Origin: Armatimonadota bacterium
GTDB lineage: Bacteria > Armatimonadota > Fimbriimonadia > Fimbriimonadales > GBS-DC
NCBI GenBank assembly: GCA_013359125.1
Contig: JABWCR010000006.1
Location: 12,643-76,642, forward strand
Reading direction: 5' to 3'
Length of the DNA stretch: 64,000 nt
The notes beneath the pieces were generated by a model, which saw nothing but the letters and a program-made list of their open reading frames with translations, was not told the origin of the DNA and made no database searches. Every line of letters starts with the position of its first letter. Positions within the stretch are counted from its first letter, which is position 1. This document shows, piece by piece, positions 26,853-35,566 of this stretch. The translations under genes were made by a program, and so were the position numbers.

Positions 26853-28171
26853 TGGCCTTCCTCTTCGTCGGAGATGATCGTTGGCGACAGGAAGATCAGA
26901 AGCTCGTTCTGGCTCTTGGTCGCTCGCCGGTGTTTGAACAGTTCGCCCAAAACGGGTATTTGGGATAGAATCGGCACGGACTGCATGGATCGGGTCTCCT
27001 CTTCGCGTATCAATCCGCCCAAAGCAATCTGCGATCCGCTTTTGACCCTGATCTTTGTTCTGACTTCGCGGGTTGATATTTGCGGGTAGGTGCTTTCGCC
27101 AATGCGCAGGAAGCCGGTTACGACCGAGACCTGAGGATAGATGTCGAGCGTAACATTGCCGTCCTCATCGGCCCAAGCCTGAACCCTCAGCACGACGCCG
27201 ACCTCTTGCTCTCGCACGTCGAAGAGCGGCGTGCCGGCGGTCGTTGTTCCCGTTACAACAGGATAGAGCAGACGATCGCCGATCAGAATGTGCCCGGTTT
27301 CGCCGTTCATGACCATCACGTTCGGGTGAGCCAGGAGCTTCGCGTTGCCTTTCTGCTCCATCGCTTTGAGAGTGGCTTCGATGCTGAGAGGGCTTCGCCA
27401 AAACGGGCCTTGGTGACTGGGCTTCAGCAGAGGATCGTTCACATAAGAATCGCGCTCGGAAGGGCGGACGATCTCTTGCCAGGTCGATTTGCTCCAGTCC
27501 CACAAGATTCCCATCTCGCCCAGCGAGGTCCGGTTGACGTCCGTTACGATCACCTCGATCTTGACCTGAACCGGTTTCTTGTCGATCGTCTTTGCGGTCT
27601 CAACGGCTTCGGCGACCATGTCTGCCGGGCCTCGGATGATGATCTCTCGACCGGCCGCGGGCGCCGCGGCTTCGGTAGAAGGCGTCGCAGATTCGCTTTC
27701 AGAATCCATCGATCCAGACATCTGCGGCAATGAGACGACGGCGCTTGGGATGATGGTCAGTTCGGGAAAGAGGCTCTTAAGAGCGCCTATGAGCGATGCG
27801 CTCGTTACGAACTTGGAGGAATAGACGCTCAGTGCGATTGTGGCCGGTCTGGCGGGTACGGCCGGTTCGTAGGCCTTCAGGTTCTCGGGTGTAGCGACTA
27901 CATAAGCGCCTTCGACTTTGGCATAGGCCAAGCCATGCGGCCTTGTAAGGAGTTCTAGCGCCTGTTCGACTGTAACGCCTTTGAGGGTTGCCGTAGCCCG
28001 ATAGTCTGACGGAACGTTCGAGATAATGTTCGTGCCCGACTGCTGGCCGATCATCTGGAGCGCGACCGCTAAAGGCATTGAATCGAACTCTAGGTCGAGC
28101 TTTCGCTCGTCTTTGAGCGAAGTTGAAAAGGTCAAAAAGATCGAGAATGCGATCGTCCATATCCAGCTCAT
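26849..28171 (-). CDS. pilQ: secretin (PilQ/GspD family), short form
   Basis: 440 aa. Signal/anchor, STN/secretin-N-like region, C-terminal secretin block GGLIREEETRSMQSVPILSQIPVLGELF. ATGA overlaps at both ends. Confidence 0.85.
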   Translation of the reverse strand: MSWIWTIAFSIFLTFSTSLKDERKLDLEFDSMPLAVALQMIGQQSGTNIISNVPSDYRATATLKGVTVEQALELLTRPHGLAYAKVEGAYVVATPENLKAYEPAVPARPATIALSVYSSKFVTSASLIGALKSLFPELTIIPSAVVSLPQMSGSMDSESESATPSTEAAAPAAGREIIIRGPADMVAEAVETAKTIDKKPVQVKIEVIVTDVNRTSLGEMGILWDWSKSTWQEIVRPSERDSYVNDPLLKPSHQGPFWRSPLSIEATLKAMEQKGNAKLLAHPNVMVMNGETGHILIGDRLLYPVVTGTTTAGTPLFDVREQEVGVVLRVQAWADEDGNVTLDIYPQVSVVTGFLRIGESTYPQISTREVRTKIRVKSGSQIALGGLIREEETRSMQSVPILSQIPVLGELFKHRRATKSQNELLIFLSPTIISDEEEGQ

Positions 28172-28779
28172 GGCTCTACTCCTTGGGGCGCGGAACCCAG
28201 TTTAAGGCGGTACTGCTTTCCTTCGTGCTCTACCGTGATTTCGTACTTTTGACGGTCGATGACCCGCCATTCCGAGCTCGGCTTCGAGTCGGCGATGAAG
28301 ACCTTCCCGTTCACTTCGATGGCCGCTCTTTCTTCGCCGTTCGCGCCGCGCACGATTCCTCGAAGCAACGGCTTAGGCGGCTCGGGCAACGGCTCTGGTT
28401 CAGTTCTTGTCTCTGCGGGCTTCTCCGGCTCAGGTTGTCCCGTTGGTCTCATGCTCCATCCGTCAGGCGGCGAGTCGAAAGAGAGCGGCCGAAGCGGCGT
28501 TTCCGGCTGCGGATTCGGTTCGGCTCTCGTTTCGGTTCCTGTCCTAAAGGGCTCTTCTCGTTCGGCCGGCGCTTGATCCAATCTCTGTCGAAGCCGCTCG
28601 TAGTAATCTGCAGGCGGCCCCGCATCGCTGGTGGGCGCCGTTTCATCGACTATTGGAGCGACCGACGTTGTAACGGGGCCGCCTGCTGCCTTCTTGGGAG
28701 AGAGCATGGGAACCGCAACGCTCAACAGCATAACGACCGCTCCTGAGATCAAGAAGACCTCGCGTTTGGGCTTCTTCAC
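28168..28779 (-). CDS. Pro/Glu-rich membrane-anchored protein in the PilP position
   Basis: GTG 28779 in a GTGA overlap with the upstream stop. One TM (VFLISGAVVMLLSVAV), a long PE-rich linker and a small C-terminal beta domain. Assigned by position only. Confidence 0.35.
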   Translation of the reverse strand: MKKPKREVFLISGAVVMLLSVAVPMLSPKKAAGGPVTTSVAPIVDETAPTSDAGPPADYYERLRQRLDQAPAEREEPFRTGTETRAEPNPQPETPLRPLSFDSPPDGWSMRPTGQPEPEKPAETRTEPEPLPEPPKPLLRGIVRGANGEERAAIEVNGKVFIADSKPSSEWRVIDRQKYEITVEHEGKQYRLKLGSAPQGVEP

Positions 28780-29357
28780 GCGCCGCCCCCAGAATCCGAC
28801 GCAGGCATCAGGGCTTCGAACTCTACGATCATCTGAGGCTGTGCGGAGTCGCCCTTGGTCGATATGTTTATGCCATTGGGCGCGACCACAAGCGCGTCTC
28901 TGCGGATATCGTCGATCCATCTCGCAACGCCCCGAGAAGGACCTTCGATGCGAAACCGCAAGAGCTTCTTCTTCCAGATCGAATCCGGGTCGTCGCCGGG
29001 GGCAGAAGAAACGTCGACGCCAAGCGGCCTTAAGTTGTGGCGCCTGGCTAGCGCGGACATGCGCGAAATGACGTGCGAAACGGGATTGGTCGCTTCTTCC
29101 AATTTGGAGGCAATCGCGAAGAGCTCTGCATTCGCGCTCGCTCTGCCCGCTAGCGAATCTTGCTCCGATCGGACATGCTCTATCTGGCCCTTAAGAGCCT
29201 CGATGTCGGAGACGTATCGATTCTTGATCGTCAGAAGAGCACCCGCGACTATAGTCGATATAGAAACGGCCGATATGGCGGCCCACTTGAGCCTTGACGA
29301 CCGGGACTCGGCGAACGCGAGCGTCGCCCAAAACCGTCTGGCGGACAGCGGCCTCAT
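28776..29357 (-). CDS. pilO: PilO-like pilus assembly protein
   Basis: 193 aa. N-terminal TM, coiled-coil segment, C-terminal alpha/beta domain. Lies between the PilN-like gene and the secretin. Confidence 0.5.
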   Translation of the reverse strand: MRPLSARRFWATLAFAESRSSRLKWAAISAVSISTIVAGALLTIKNRYVSDIEALKGQIEHVRSEQDSLAGRASANAELFAIASKLEEATNPVSHVISRMSALARRHNLRPLGVDVSSAPGDDPDSIWKKKLLRFRIEGPSRGVARWIDDIRRDALVVAPNGINISTKGDSAQPQMIVEFEALMPASDSGGGA

Positions 29358-29908
29358 TCTGTCTCCTCCGCACTTGCCTGGCTTGGAGCGATCAGCCTAA
29401 TTTCAAAACGGGAGGCGCCGTCCGTTTCTCCTCTGTTGACCGACGATGGCGTCACCTCGGTGAAGAGTCCCACAGTGCGCAGTCTTTCGCTATAGGCTTT
29501 GATCGCTTCAAAGTCCTGTGCGCCGCCGCGAAGGTTGACCGACCAACCGCTTTCGTGCTCAAACTGCGCCTGCATCTCTTCGAGCCAGGCTTGCAACGGC
29601 ACGGTCTTGCCAGTCGCCATGACGGCGAGCGAGAACTCTTGGCACCGCGCCCTGGCGTTTTCAAGGTCGGCCGCCTCGAATGGCGGCATCGATTCTTCGG
29701 GCGCATCGATCAACGCTTTCAAGATGGTCTCTTGCCTCGCTTTCTCGACGCGCAGATCGGGAATCAACAAGGCAAAGGCCGCCAACGAAAGGATGGACAG
29801 GGCGCTCCCGCTCACAAAGGCGACGAAAAGCCCCTTGATCTTGAGCAGTTCGCGCTGGCGTCGAGCACGCCACTCCATTGCCAGGTTGACCGGTCTCATT
29901 GCGCTCAT
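29354..29908 (-). CDS. pilN: PilN-like pilus assembly protein
   Basis: ATG 29908 in an ATGA overlap with the pilM stop. N-terminal MRPVNL motif (INLLP-like), one TM, periplasmic domain. Confidence 0.5.
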   Translation of the reverse strand: MSAMRPVNLAMEWRARRQRELLKIKGLFVAFVSGSALSILSLAAFALLIPDLRVEKARQETILKALIDAPEESMPPFEAADLENARARCQEFSLAVMATGKTVPLQAWLEEMQAQFEHESGWSVNLRGGAQDFEAIKAYSERLRTVGLFTEVTPSSVNRGETDGASRFEIRLIAPSQASAEETE

Positions 29909-30966
29909 GCGGCCAGGGCCTCCTGACAAGCGATGATCGCGGCTCCCAATGCAGGACAATATGGATTCAGGTCGTCTTCTTTTAGCTTCTCGGGCCAATC
30001 GAACGCGGCCTCTAGATCGCCGGGCAAGCAGGTAACCCCCAGCGAAGCCGAGCAATAGCGCTCCAATCCCCTGATCGAGGCGCCCTCGCCCGTCAAAACA
30101 AAGGCGTCCAGCAATCCCAAGTAACTGCCGTCTGGGAATCTCGATCTCTGAAAGTCGGCCAATCTTCTCATCTCTGCAGTCAGTTCGTGCAGAAACTGCA
30201 GCGCCGAGATGGGCGGCAGCCCTAATTCTGTAGGGAACTGCAGCAGGCCGGCGTCATCGATCGTTGCCTCTCGCAATAGGGCGACGGCTTCGTTCGTGTC
30301 GGCCCCCACGAAGCGACCGATCGTATCGATGAGTTCGTCAGTGCCATGGTTGAGGGTGCGGGTGAACTCCAATCTCGTTTCGCGCGCCACAGTCATTTCT
30401 ATATATTCCGCCTGGAGATTGATGGCGGCTGTGGCTTTGCCTTTCCACAGAATGCTGTCCGTCGCCTGGTTTCTCGTAAGCGCCGCCACAACGGCATCCG
30501 ATTCGGGCGCGGCGACGACGGGGACAAGGCCGGCCAACAGCGCTGCATCCAAGCGCCCATCGATGACCGACCTTGGCGCAGCCACCAAGCGCGCGGGCAG
30601 CGGCACGTTCTCGTCTCCCGTCTCGTATGCTTCGGGCGGCACGGAGAAGCGATAGGTCATCGGTTCGGCGGCGTTTGGCAGTCTTTTGGGGCCTTCGAAC
30701 GGGGCAGCAGCGTTGAGTTCGTCCAGGCTGATTCTTGGAGCGTCGACCCACTTGTTGAGGGCGCGCGGAACGGCGATCGCGACCGGTCCGTTGGCCCGAA
30801 CGCGCCGGGCCAACTGACCGATTGTCGCCGCGACCTGCTTTAGATTGACGACAACTCCGCCCGCGACCGAGCCAGGAGGCGACAGAGTCCGGCATGCCGC
30901 TTTAACCCTGCTTTCGGCGAGCGCGACCATCGTTATATATCGAGAATTGATTTCCAAGCCAACCAT
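29905..30966 (-). CDS. pilM: PilM-like actin-fold pilus assembly protein
   Basis: 353 aa. N-terminal VGLEINSRYITMV, typical of PilM/FtsA-like proteins. First gene of the cluster. Confidence 0.7.
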   Translation of the reverse strand: MVGLEINSRYITMVALAESRVKAACRTLSPPGSVAGGVVVNLKQVAATIGQLARRVRANGPVAIAVPRALNKWVDAPRISLDELNAAAPFEGPKRLPNAAEPMTYRFSVPPEAYETGDENVPLPARLVAAPRSVIDGRLDAALLAGLVPVVAAPESDAVVAALTRNQATDSILWKGKATAAINLQAEYIEMTVARETRLEFTRTLNHGTDELIDTIGRFVGADTNEAVALLREATIDDAGLLQFPTELGLPPISALQFLHELTAEMRRLADFQRSRFPDGSYLGLLDAFVLTGEGASIRGLERYCSASLGVTCLPGDLEAAFDWPEKLKEDDLNPYCPALGAAIIACQEALAA

Positions 30967-31031
30967 GCGATGTCCTGGGTAAATTGTCGGTAATGGCGGG
31001 CGTCCCGTTTAGCCCGAAACAAAGGAAGGGG

Positions 31032-31061
31032 TTGACGCAAAGCGTTCGAATTGGGTACATT
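31032..31061 (+). promoter_or_regulatory. candidate sigma70-type promoter (TTGACG-18 nt-TACATT)
   Basis: Hexamers at 31032-31037 and 31056-31061. The tandem 8-mer TTACGAAG TTACGAAG (31063-31078) sits at the predicted start site. Confidence 0.35.
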
Positions 31062-31389
31062 GTTACGAAGTTACGAAGACTGGCAAAAATACTTGCCGCC
31101 AAAAAGAAGGAATCTGCGGGCGGGAGGTCGAATTGTCTGTCAGCGTCCTTTTCCCATGTGGAATGGGAGCGCGCTAACTTAAAATCTGTTTGTGGCAGGT
31201 CAAACGCTTACTGACCGCCATGCCGTTGGAAAGGGGGCATTTCGGTGTTTGGCTTCTCGCAGAGCGACCGAAATGCAAGCAAGTCTAAGGCGAGTTGGCT
31301 GGAGGCCGACTCGCGAGCAGACTGGGCTGTCGCCTCGCTCCGACACAACGGACATGGATGGTAGATTGCGTGCGGAGGTGTGTAGCAAT

Positions 31390-33168
31390 ATGCGAAGCAT
31401 TCTTTTGGTCGTCTTAGCGGCTGGCGCCGCCGGATTGAGCATAAGTCTGGCGATTGCCGATAACAAGAACCGCATCCCGATCGATTACGCGGCTGGCTGG
31501 GGCGAGTGCGAAATCGATCTCAACCACGAATTCCAATCGGACAACATTGTCGATCAATGGCGCGTCAAGCCCGATGCCAACTGGGCAGCGGCGAACATTT
31601 TGCTAGCGCCGGCCGTCGATCGTACGGTGTTCAACACGGGCACCGGAAGCCAAAGGCTCCGATTTACCAGGCCGACCAACGGCATGGCCGCAGCAATGTC
31701 GTTCGGCACCAACCCAATCCCGGCTAATCAGGACAACTACCCATCGACGCAAGAGCGCGTAGACGTGCAATTCTCGTTGCGCGCCACCGGCGTTCTCAAC
31801 ATGCAGTTTGGCATCGAACTTTCGATGACCAACAACATGGGGCAGACCAGTTGGACCTGGCTGCAAACTCCCGGCGCTGTCAACGGGAGCGGCCAGTGGG
31901 AAGTTCGTCGAGTATCGTTCGTCGTTCCTCAAAACGCGACCAACTTTTCGATCAACTTCCGCTTCTTGGGCGGCGAGGGGCCGGTAGCCGGCACTTTTTG
32001 GATCGACTCGATGCGAGTTACGACCGGTCGGTTGATGCCTGAACGTTCCAAGGGTTCGCTCAAGCTGGCTCGAATGTATCGCGATCCAGAAGATTTGATC
32101 GGCGATGCGGCTCAGTACGATCTGTTCATCGTTCCCCATACATCGATACCCGCGATCAAGACGCTCAATCCAGATGCGCGCTGCCTGCATTACGTGCTGG
32201 GCTGGCAGTCGTTGTTCGTCGATGCTTTGGGCGGCAACAGTACGATCAATCACGATCTGTTCCCATACGATTGGGTGAACCTGAACCATCCGGAATGGTT
32301 CCTGACCGATCTGCAAGGACCGAGAATCTTCCGACGTTGGGCCAACTCTCGAAACGAGTACCTGATGGACTACGGCAACCCGGAGCTTCGAGACCATATC
32401 TTTGAGAACCTGCGACAGCAGCTGCATCGAGCCTATGGCGCCAACAGCCAACTTCGCGCTGAGGGACTGATGTTCGATAATTTCTCCTTCTTGATCTGGC
32501 GACAGTCGAACGCCTACCAGACACAGACGCAGCGCGTGAACGCCACCCAGGGCTATTTTAGCCATCTGAATCAGGACGTTCGCAACACGGGCGGCTGGAG
32601 GACCTACACCAATCTTTCGCGCGGGGACGTCTTAAACGGTCCGTATTCGACCATCATGCCCTTGCTGGACGGCTACCTGGTCGAAGGCTTTATGGTGCAT
32701 GCCTACGACGGACAGTTCCATCCGCCGGATCGTGCGGCATGGCACCTGAGGACTGTGGCCAACAACCCTTCAAAGACCGCCATTCTGCTCGGACGCGAGT
32801 TCAGCAAGGATCGTCAGAAGTACAACTACCTGATCGCTTCCTACTATCTGGTCAATCACTCCAACGTGTTCGTCGCGATTTGGCCAGACGGAGACGAGAG
32901 TCGGCCGGTGATCAAGCCCGAGCTGTTTTTGCCGATGGGCAATCCTACCAGCAATAACTTCACGTTGCTGGCGGGCGCAGATGCCACCGGAGCCCTCTAT
33001 GCGCGGGCTTACGACAACGGCGTGGCGGTAGTCAACACTTCGCCTTCGGCTACCTTCAACTATCTGCCGCAGTTCGACTATCGAGACGCTACCGGTCGAA
33101 TTTTCCGAGCCGGTCTTGCGATCAATGTAAAGCCGAACTCCGGCTTGACGCTGCTTCGACTGCACTAA
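31390..33168 (+). CDS. secreted putative glycoside-hydrolase-like (GHL/GH114-like TIM-barrel) protein with an N-terminal beta-sandwich domain
   Basis: GGAGG 12 nt upstream of ATG 31390. Signal peptide MRSILLVVLAAGAAGLSISLAIA. The C-terminal half (NHPEWFL, MDYGNPELRDH, GLMFDNF) resembles glycosyl-hydrolase-like families. Family assignment is tentative. Confidence 0.45.
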   Translation: MRSILLVVLAAGAAGLSISLAIADNKNRIPIDYAAGWGECEIDLNHEFQSDNIVDQWRVKPDANWAAANILLAPAVDRTVFNTGTGSQRLRFTRPTNGMAAAMSFGTNPIPANQDNYPSTQERVDVQFSLRATGVLNMQFGIELSMTNNMGQTSWTWLQTPGAVNGSGQWEVRRVSFVVPQNATNFSINFRFLGGEGPVAGTFWIDSMRVTTGRLMPERSKGSLKLARMYRDPEDLIGDAAQYDLFIVPHTSIPAIKTLNPDARCLHYVLGWQSLFVDALGGNSTINHDLFPYDWVNLNHPEWFLTDLQGPRIFRRWANSRNEYLMDYGNPELRDHIFENLRQQLHRAYGANSQLRAEGLMFDNFSFLIWRQSNAYQTQTQRVNATQGYFSHLNQDVRNTGGWRTYTNLSRGDVLNGPYSTIMPLLDGYLVEGFMVHAYDGQFHPPDRAAWHLRTVANNPSKTAILLGREFSKDRQKYNYLIASYYLVNHSNVFVAIWPDGDESRPVIKPELFLPMGNPTSNNFTLLAGADATGALYARAYDNGVAVVNTSPSATFNYLPQFDYRDATGRIFRAGLAINVKPNSGLTLLRLH

Positions 33169-33195
33169 AGCCAAGGCAATCTGCCATAAAGCATT

Positions 33196-33226
33196 AGGCC
33201 CGGGATTCACCCTCCTGGGCCTTTTT
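33196..33226 (+). terminator. intrinsic terminator
   Basis: AGGCCCGGG ... CCTGGGCCT stem with one G-U pair, followed by TTTTT. Confidence 0.6.
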
Positions 33227-33250
33227 GTCATGCTACAATCGAACTGAACG

Positions 33251-34720
33251 ATGCTGACCCCGACTCTGACAGACTTCATGGCATCCTGCCAAACGAGCGC
33301 TCTCTGCCCAGTTTGGGCCGACGAGATGGCGGACTTAGAAACTCCCGTGTCGGCCTTCTATAAATTGGGCGCCCTTTCGGACTATGCGTTTCTTTTGGAA
33401 AGCGTTACGGGAGGCGAACGCATCGCTCGATACTCTTACATCGGTGTTGGAGCAAAGATTGTCTGGAGAGCAAACGGTCGAGACTTGCGGGAGACGATCG
33501 ATGGCGAGGCGCGGTCGGTCGATCTCGGCGCGCTCGATCCGATCTCCTATGTGAGCCGGGAAGTAACCGGCAAGACGCATCTCTCCGCCCACGGATTGCC
33601 GCCATTCTCTGGCGGGGCTGTCGGCTGGATCGGCTATGACGCGGTTCGGCTTTTCGAGCGCCTTCCCAAACCTCCGACCGACGACCTAAAAGTTGACGAT
33701 CTATGCCTGGTTGTCCCAAGTCTTGTCATAGCATTCGACCATGCGAAGCGGCAGATGAGATTGATCGCGACGATCCGGTCGGGCGACAAGACGGAGTATG
33801 AGGCGGCTGAAGCCACGATTGCCGACGCCCTCGCGAAACTCAAAGCGCCGATCCAAACATCGTCGGACAATGCGGGCGAGCGAGCCTCGACGATCGCGTC
33901 CAACAGATCGCCCGAGGACTTCATGGCCGCCGCGCGCAGGGCCAAAGAGTACATCTACGCGGGAGACGCGATCCAGGTCGTGCTGAGCCAGCGCTTTGAA
34001 ACAGAAGCCGATGCGCCGCCATTCGACATTTATCGCGCGCTCCGCTCGCTCAATCCTTCGCCCTATATGTTCTATTTTAAGACGCCGTCCGAGATCGTAC
34101 TAGGCGCCTCGCCAGAGATACTCGTTTCGGTGCATGATCGAAAGGTAACGGTAAGGCCGATAGCGGGGACTCGACGGCGAGGCGAGAGCGAGGATGAAGA
34201 CCGACGATTGGAGGCAGAACTCTTGTCGGACGAAAAGGAGCTCGCCGAGCACGTCATGTTAGTGGACTTGGGTCGAAACGATGTTGGGCGGGTCTCGGAG
34301 TTTGGCACAGTGAGCGTTAGAGACCTCATGGTTGTCGAGCGGTACTCGCACGTGATGCACATTGTCTCCGAGGTCCAGGGCCGGCTCAAAGAGGGCTTGA
34401 CCGCCGCCGATGCCCTTAAGGCGACGTTTCCGGCCGGTACGGTTTCTGGCGCGCCCAAGGTACGGGCCATGCAGATCATAGACGAATTAGAGCCGACCAA
34501 ACGAGGCCTTTATGCGGGAGCGTTGGGCTATATTGGCTTTTCGGGCGATATGGACCTGTGCATCACGATCCGTACTATTCTCATCAAAGACGGCAAGGCC
34601 TACGTCCAATCTGGGGCGGGCATCGTTGCCGATTCGGAACCTGAACTGGAGCTGGCCGAAACCGAAAACAAAGCCAGGGCAGCTTTGGCGGCCATCGAGA
34701 TGGCCCGACGGGGCCTGTGA
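33251..34720 (+). CDS. trpE: anthranilate synthase component I
   Basis: 489 aa. LSQRF, LNPSPYMFYF and IAGTRRRG blocks. TACAAT box at 33234-33239, only 11 nt from the ATG. Confidence 0.95.
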   Translation: MLTPTLTDFMASCQTSALCPVWADEMADLETPVSAFYKLGALSDYAFLLESVTGGERIARYSYIGVGAKIVWRANGRDLRETIDGEARSVDLGALDPISYVSREVTGKTHLSAHGLPPFSGGAVGWIGYDAVRLFERLPKPPTDDLKVDDLCLVVPSLVIAFDHAKRQMRLIATIRSGDKTEYEAAEATIADALAKLKAPIQTSSDNAGERASTIASNRSPEDFMAAARRAKEYIYAGDAIQVVLSQRFETEADAPPFDIYRALRSLNPSPYMFYFKTPSEIVLGASPEILVSVHDRKVTVRPIAGTRRRGESEDEDRRLEAELLSDEKELAEHVMLVDLGRNDVGRVSEFGTVSVRDLMVVERYSHVMHIVSEVQGRLKEGLTAADALKATFPAGTVSGAPKVRAMQIIDELEPTKRGLYAGALGYIGFSGDMDLCITIRTILIKDGKAYVQSGAGIVADSEPELELAETENKARAALAAIEMARRGL

Positions 34721-34768
34721 AGGTATACTAATCCTTGCACGGGAGGCTTCGGCAAGAAAGGAATCAGA

Positions 34769-35566
34769 ATGGCTTACGCTCGTAATCCGCTGGCCAAGCG
34801 GCACAGTTGGCTCAAGTCGTCCCGCAAAGACAGTTGGTGGATTCCTCAGCTTTTCACGGCGATCGTGCTCCTTGGGTTCATCGGATATGCGAACTTTCGC
34901 GTGTTCGAGAACGCCCATTACGAATTTGGCACCCTGCTCTCGCCGTTCTATTCGCCCCTTCTCTTTGGTCCCGCAGACAGCCATCATGCCTGGTTCTCCA
35001 AGCCAGATTGGCTGCCTCGCTGGATCTCGCCCGCGTTCTTGATCCTGTGGGCTCCGGCGGGCTTTAGGCTGACTTGCTACTACTATCGCGGCGCATACTA
35101 TAAGGCTATCTGGCAAGATCCGCCCGGTTGCGGCGTCGGCGAACCTCGAAAAGGCTATTTGGGCGAGAAATTTTTGCCCTTGGTCGTGCAGAACCTTCAT
35201 CGCTATTTTCTTTACTTTGCCCTTCTCTTTATCCCGATTCTAACGTGGGACGTTTGGAACGCTTGCTGGGACGGCTATGGCGATTCGAGACGATTCAGCA
35301 TCGGGCTGGGCACGCTGTTGCTATTTGGAGCAACGGCTACGCTCGCGCTCTATACCTTTTCGTGCCATTCGTTGCGGCATTTGATCGGCGGCAATCGGGA
35401 TAAGCTCTCTGATCGGCCAGCCCAGTTTGCTTGTTACAACTGCGTATCGGCGCTCAATAAAAATCACATGCTCTATGCCTGGATCAGCCTCTTCTTGGTA
35501 GCCTTTGCCGATCTGTACGTCCGGCTGTGCTCGACAGGGGCAATTAGCGACTTGAGGTTCTTTTGA
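34769..35566 (+). CDS. sdhC: succinate dehydrogenase/fumarate reductase membrane (cytochrome b-type) subunit
   Basis: 265 aa, about 5 TM helices with conserved His. The stop overlaps the sdhA ATG (TGATG). Assigned by topology and position. Confidence 0.6.
   Translation: MAYARNPLAKRHSWLKSSRKDSWWIPQLFTAIVLLGFIGYANFRVFENAHYEFGTLLSPFYSPLLFGPADSHHAWFSKPDWLPRWISPAFLILWAPAGFRLTCYYYRGAYYKAIWQDPPGCGVGEPRKGYLGEKFLPLVVQNLHRYFLYFALLFIPILTWDVWNACWDGYGDSRRFSIGLGTLLLFGATATLALYTFSCHSLRHLIGGNRDKLSDRPAQFACYNCVSALNKNHMLYAWISLFLVAFADLYVRLCSTGAISDLRFF

Noticed and set aside
31025-31060. GACGCAAAGC resembling the c-di-GMP-I (GEMM-I) riboswitch core
   Set aside because: The flanking GCAAACC/GNRA hairpin and the second helix of GEMM-I are absent. 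The TTGACG part is better explained as a -35 hexamer.
31603-32565. 320-aa ORF antisense to the glycoside-hydrolase-like gene
   Set aside because: Shadow ORF. The plus-strand frame has a signal peptide, an RBS and enzyme-like blocks, and this one has none.
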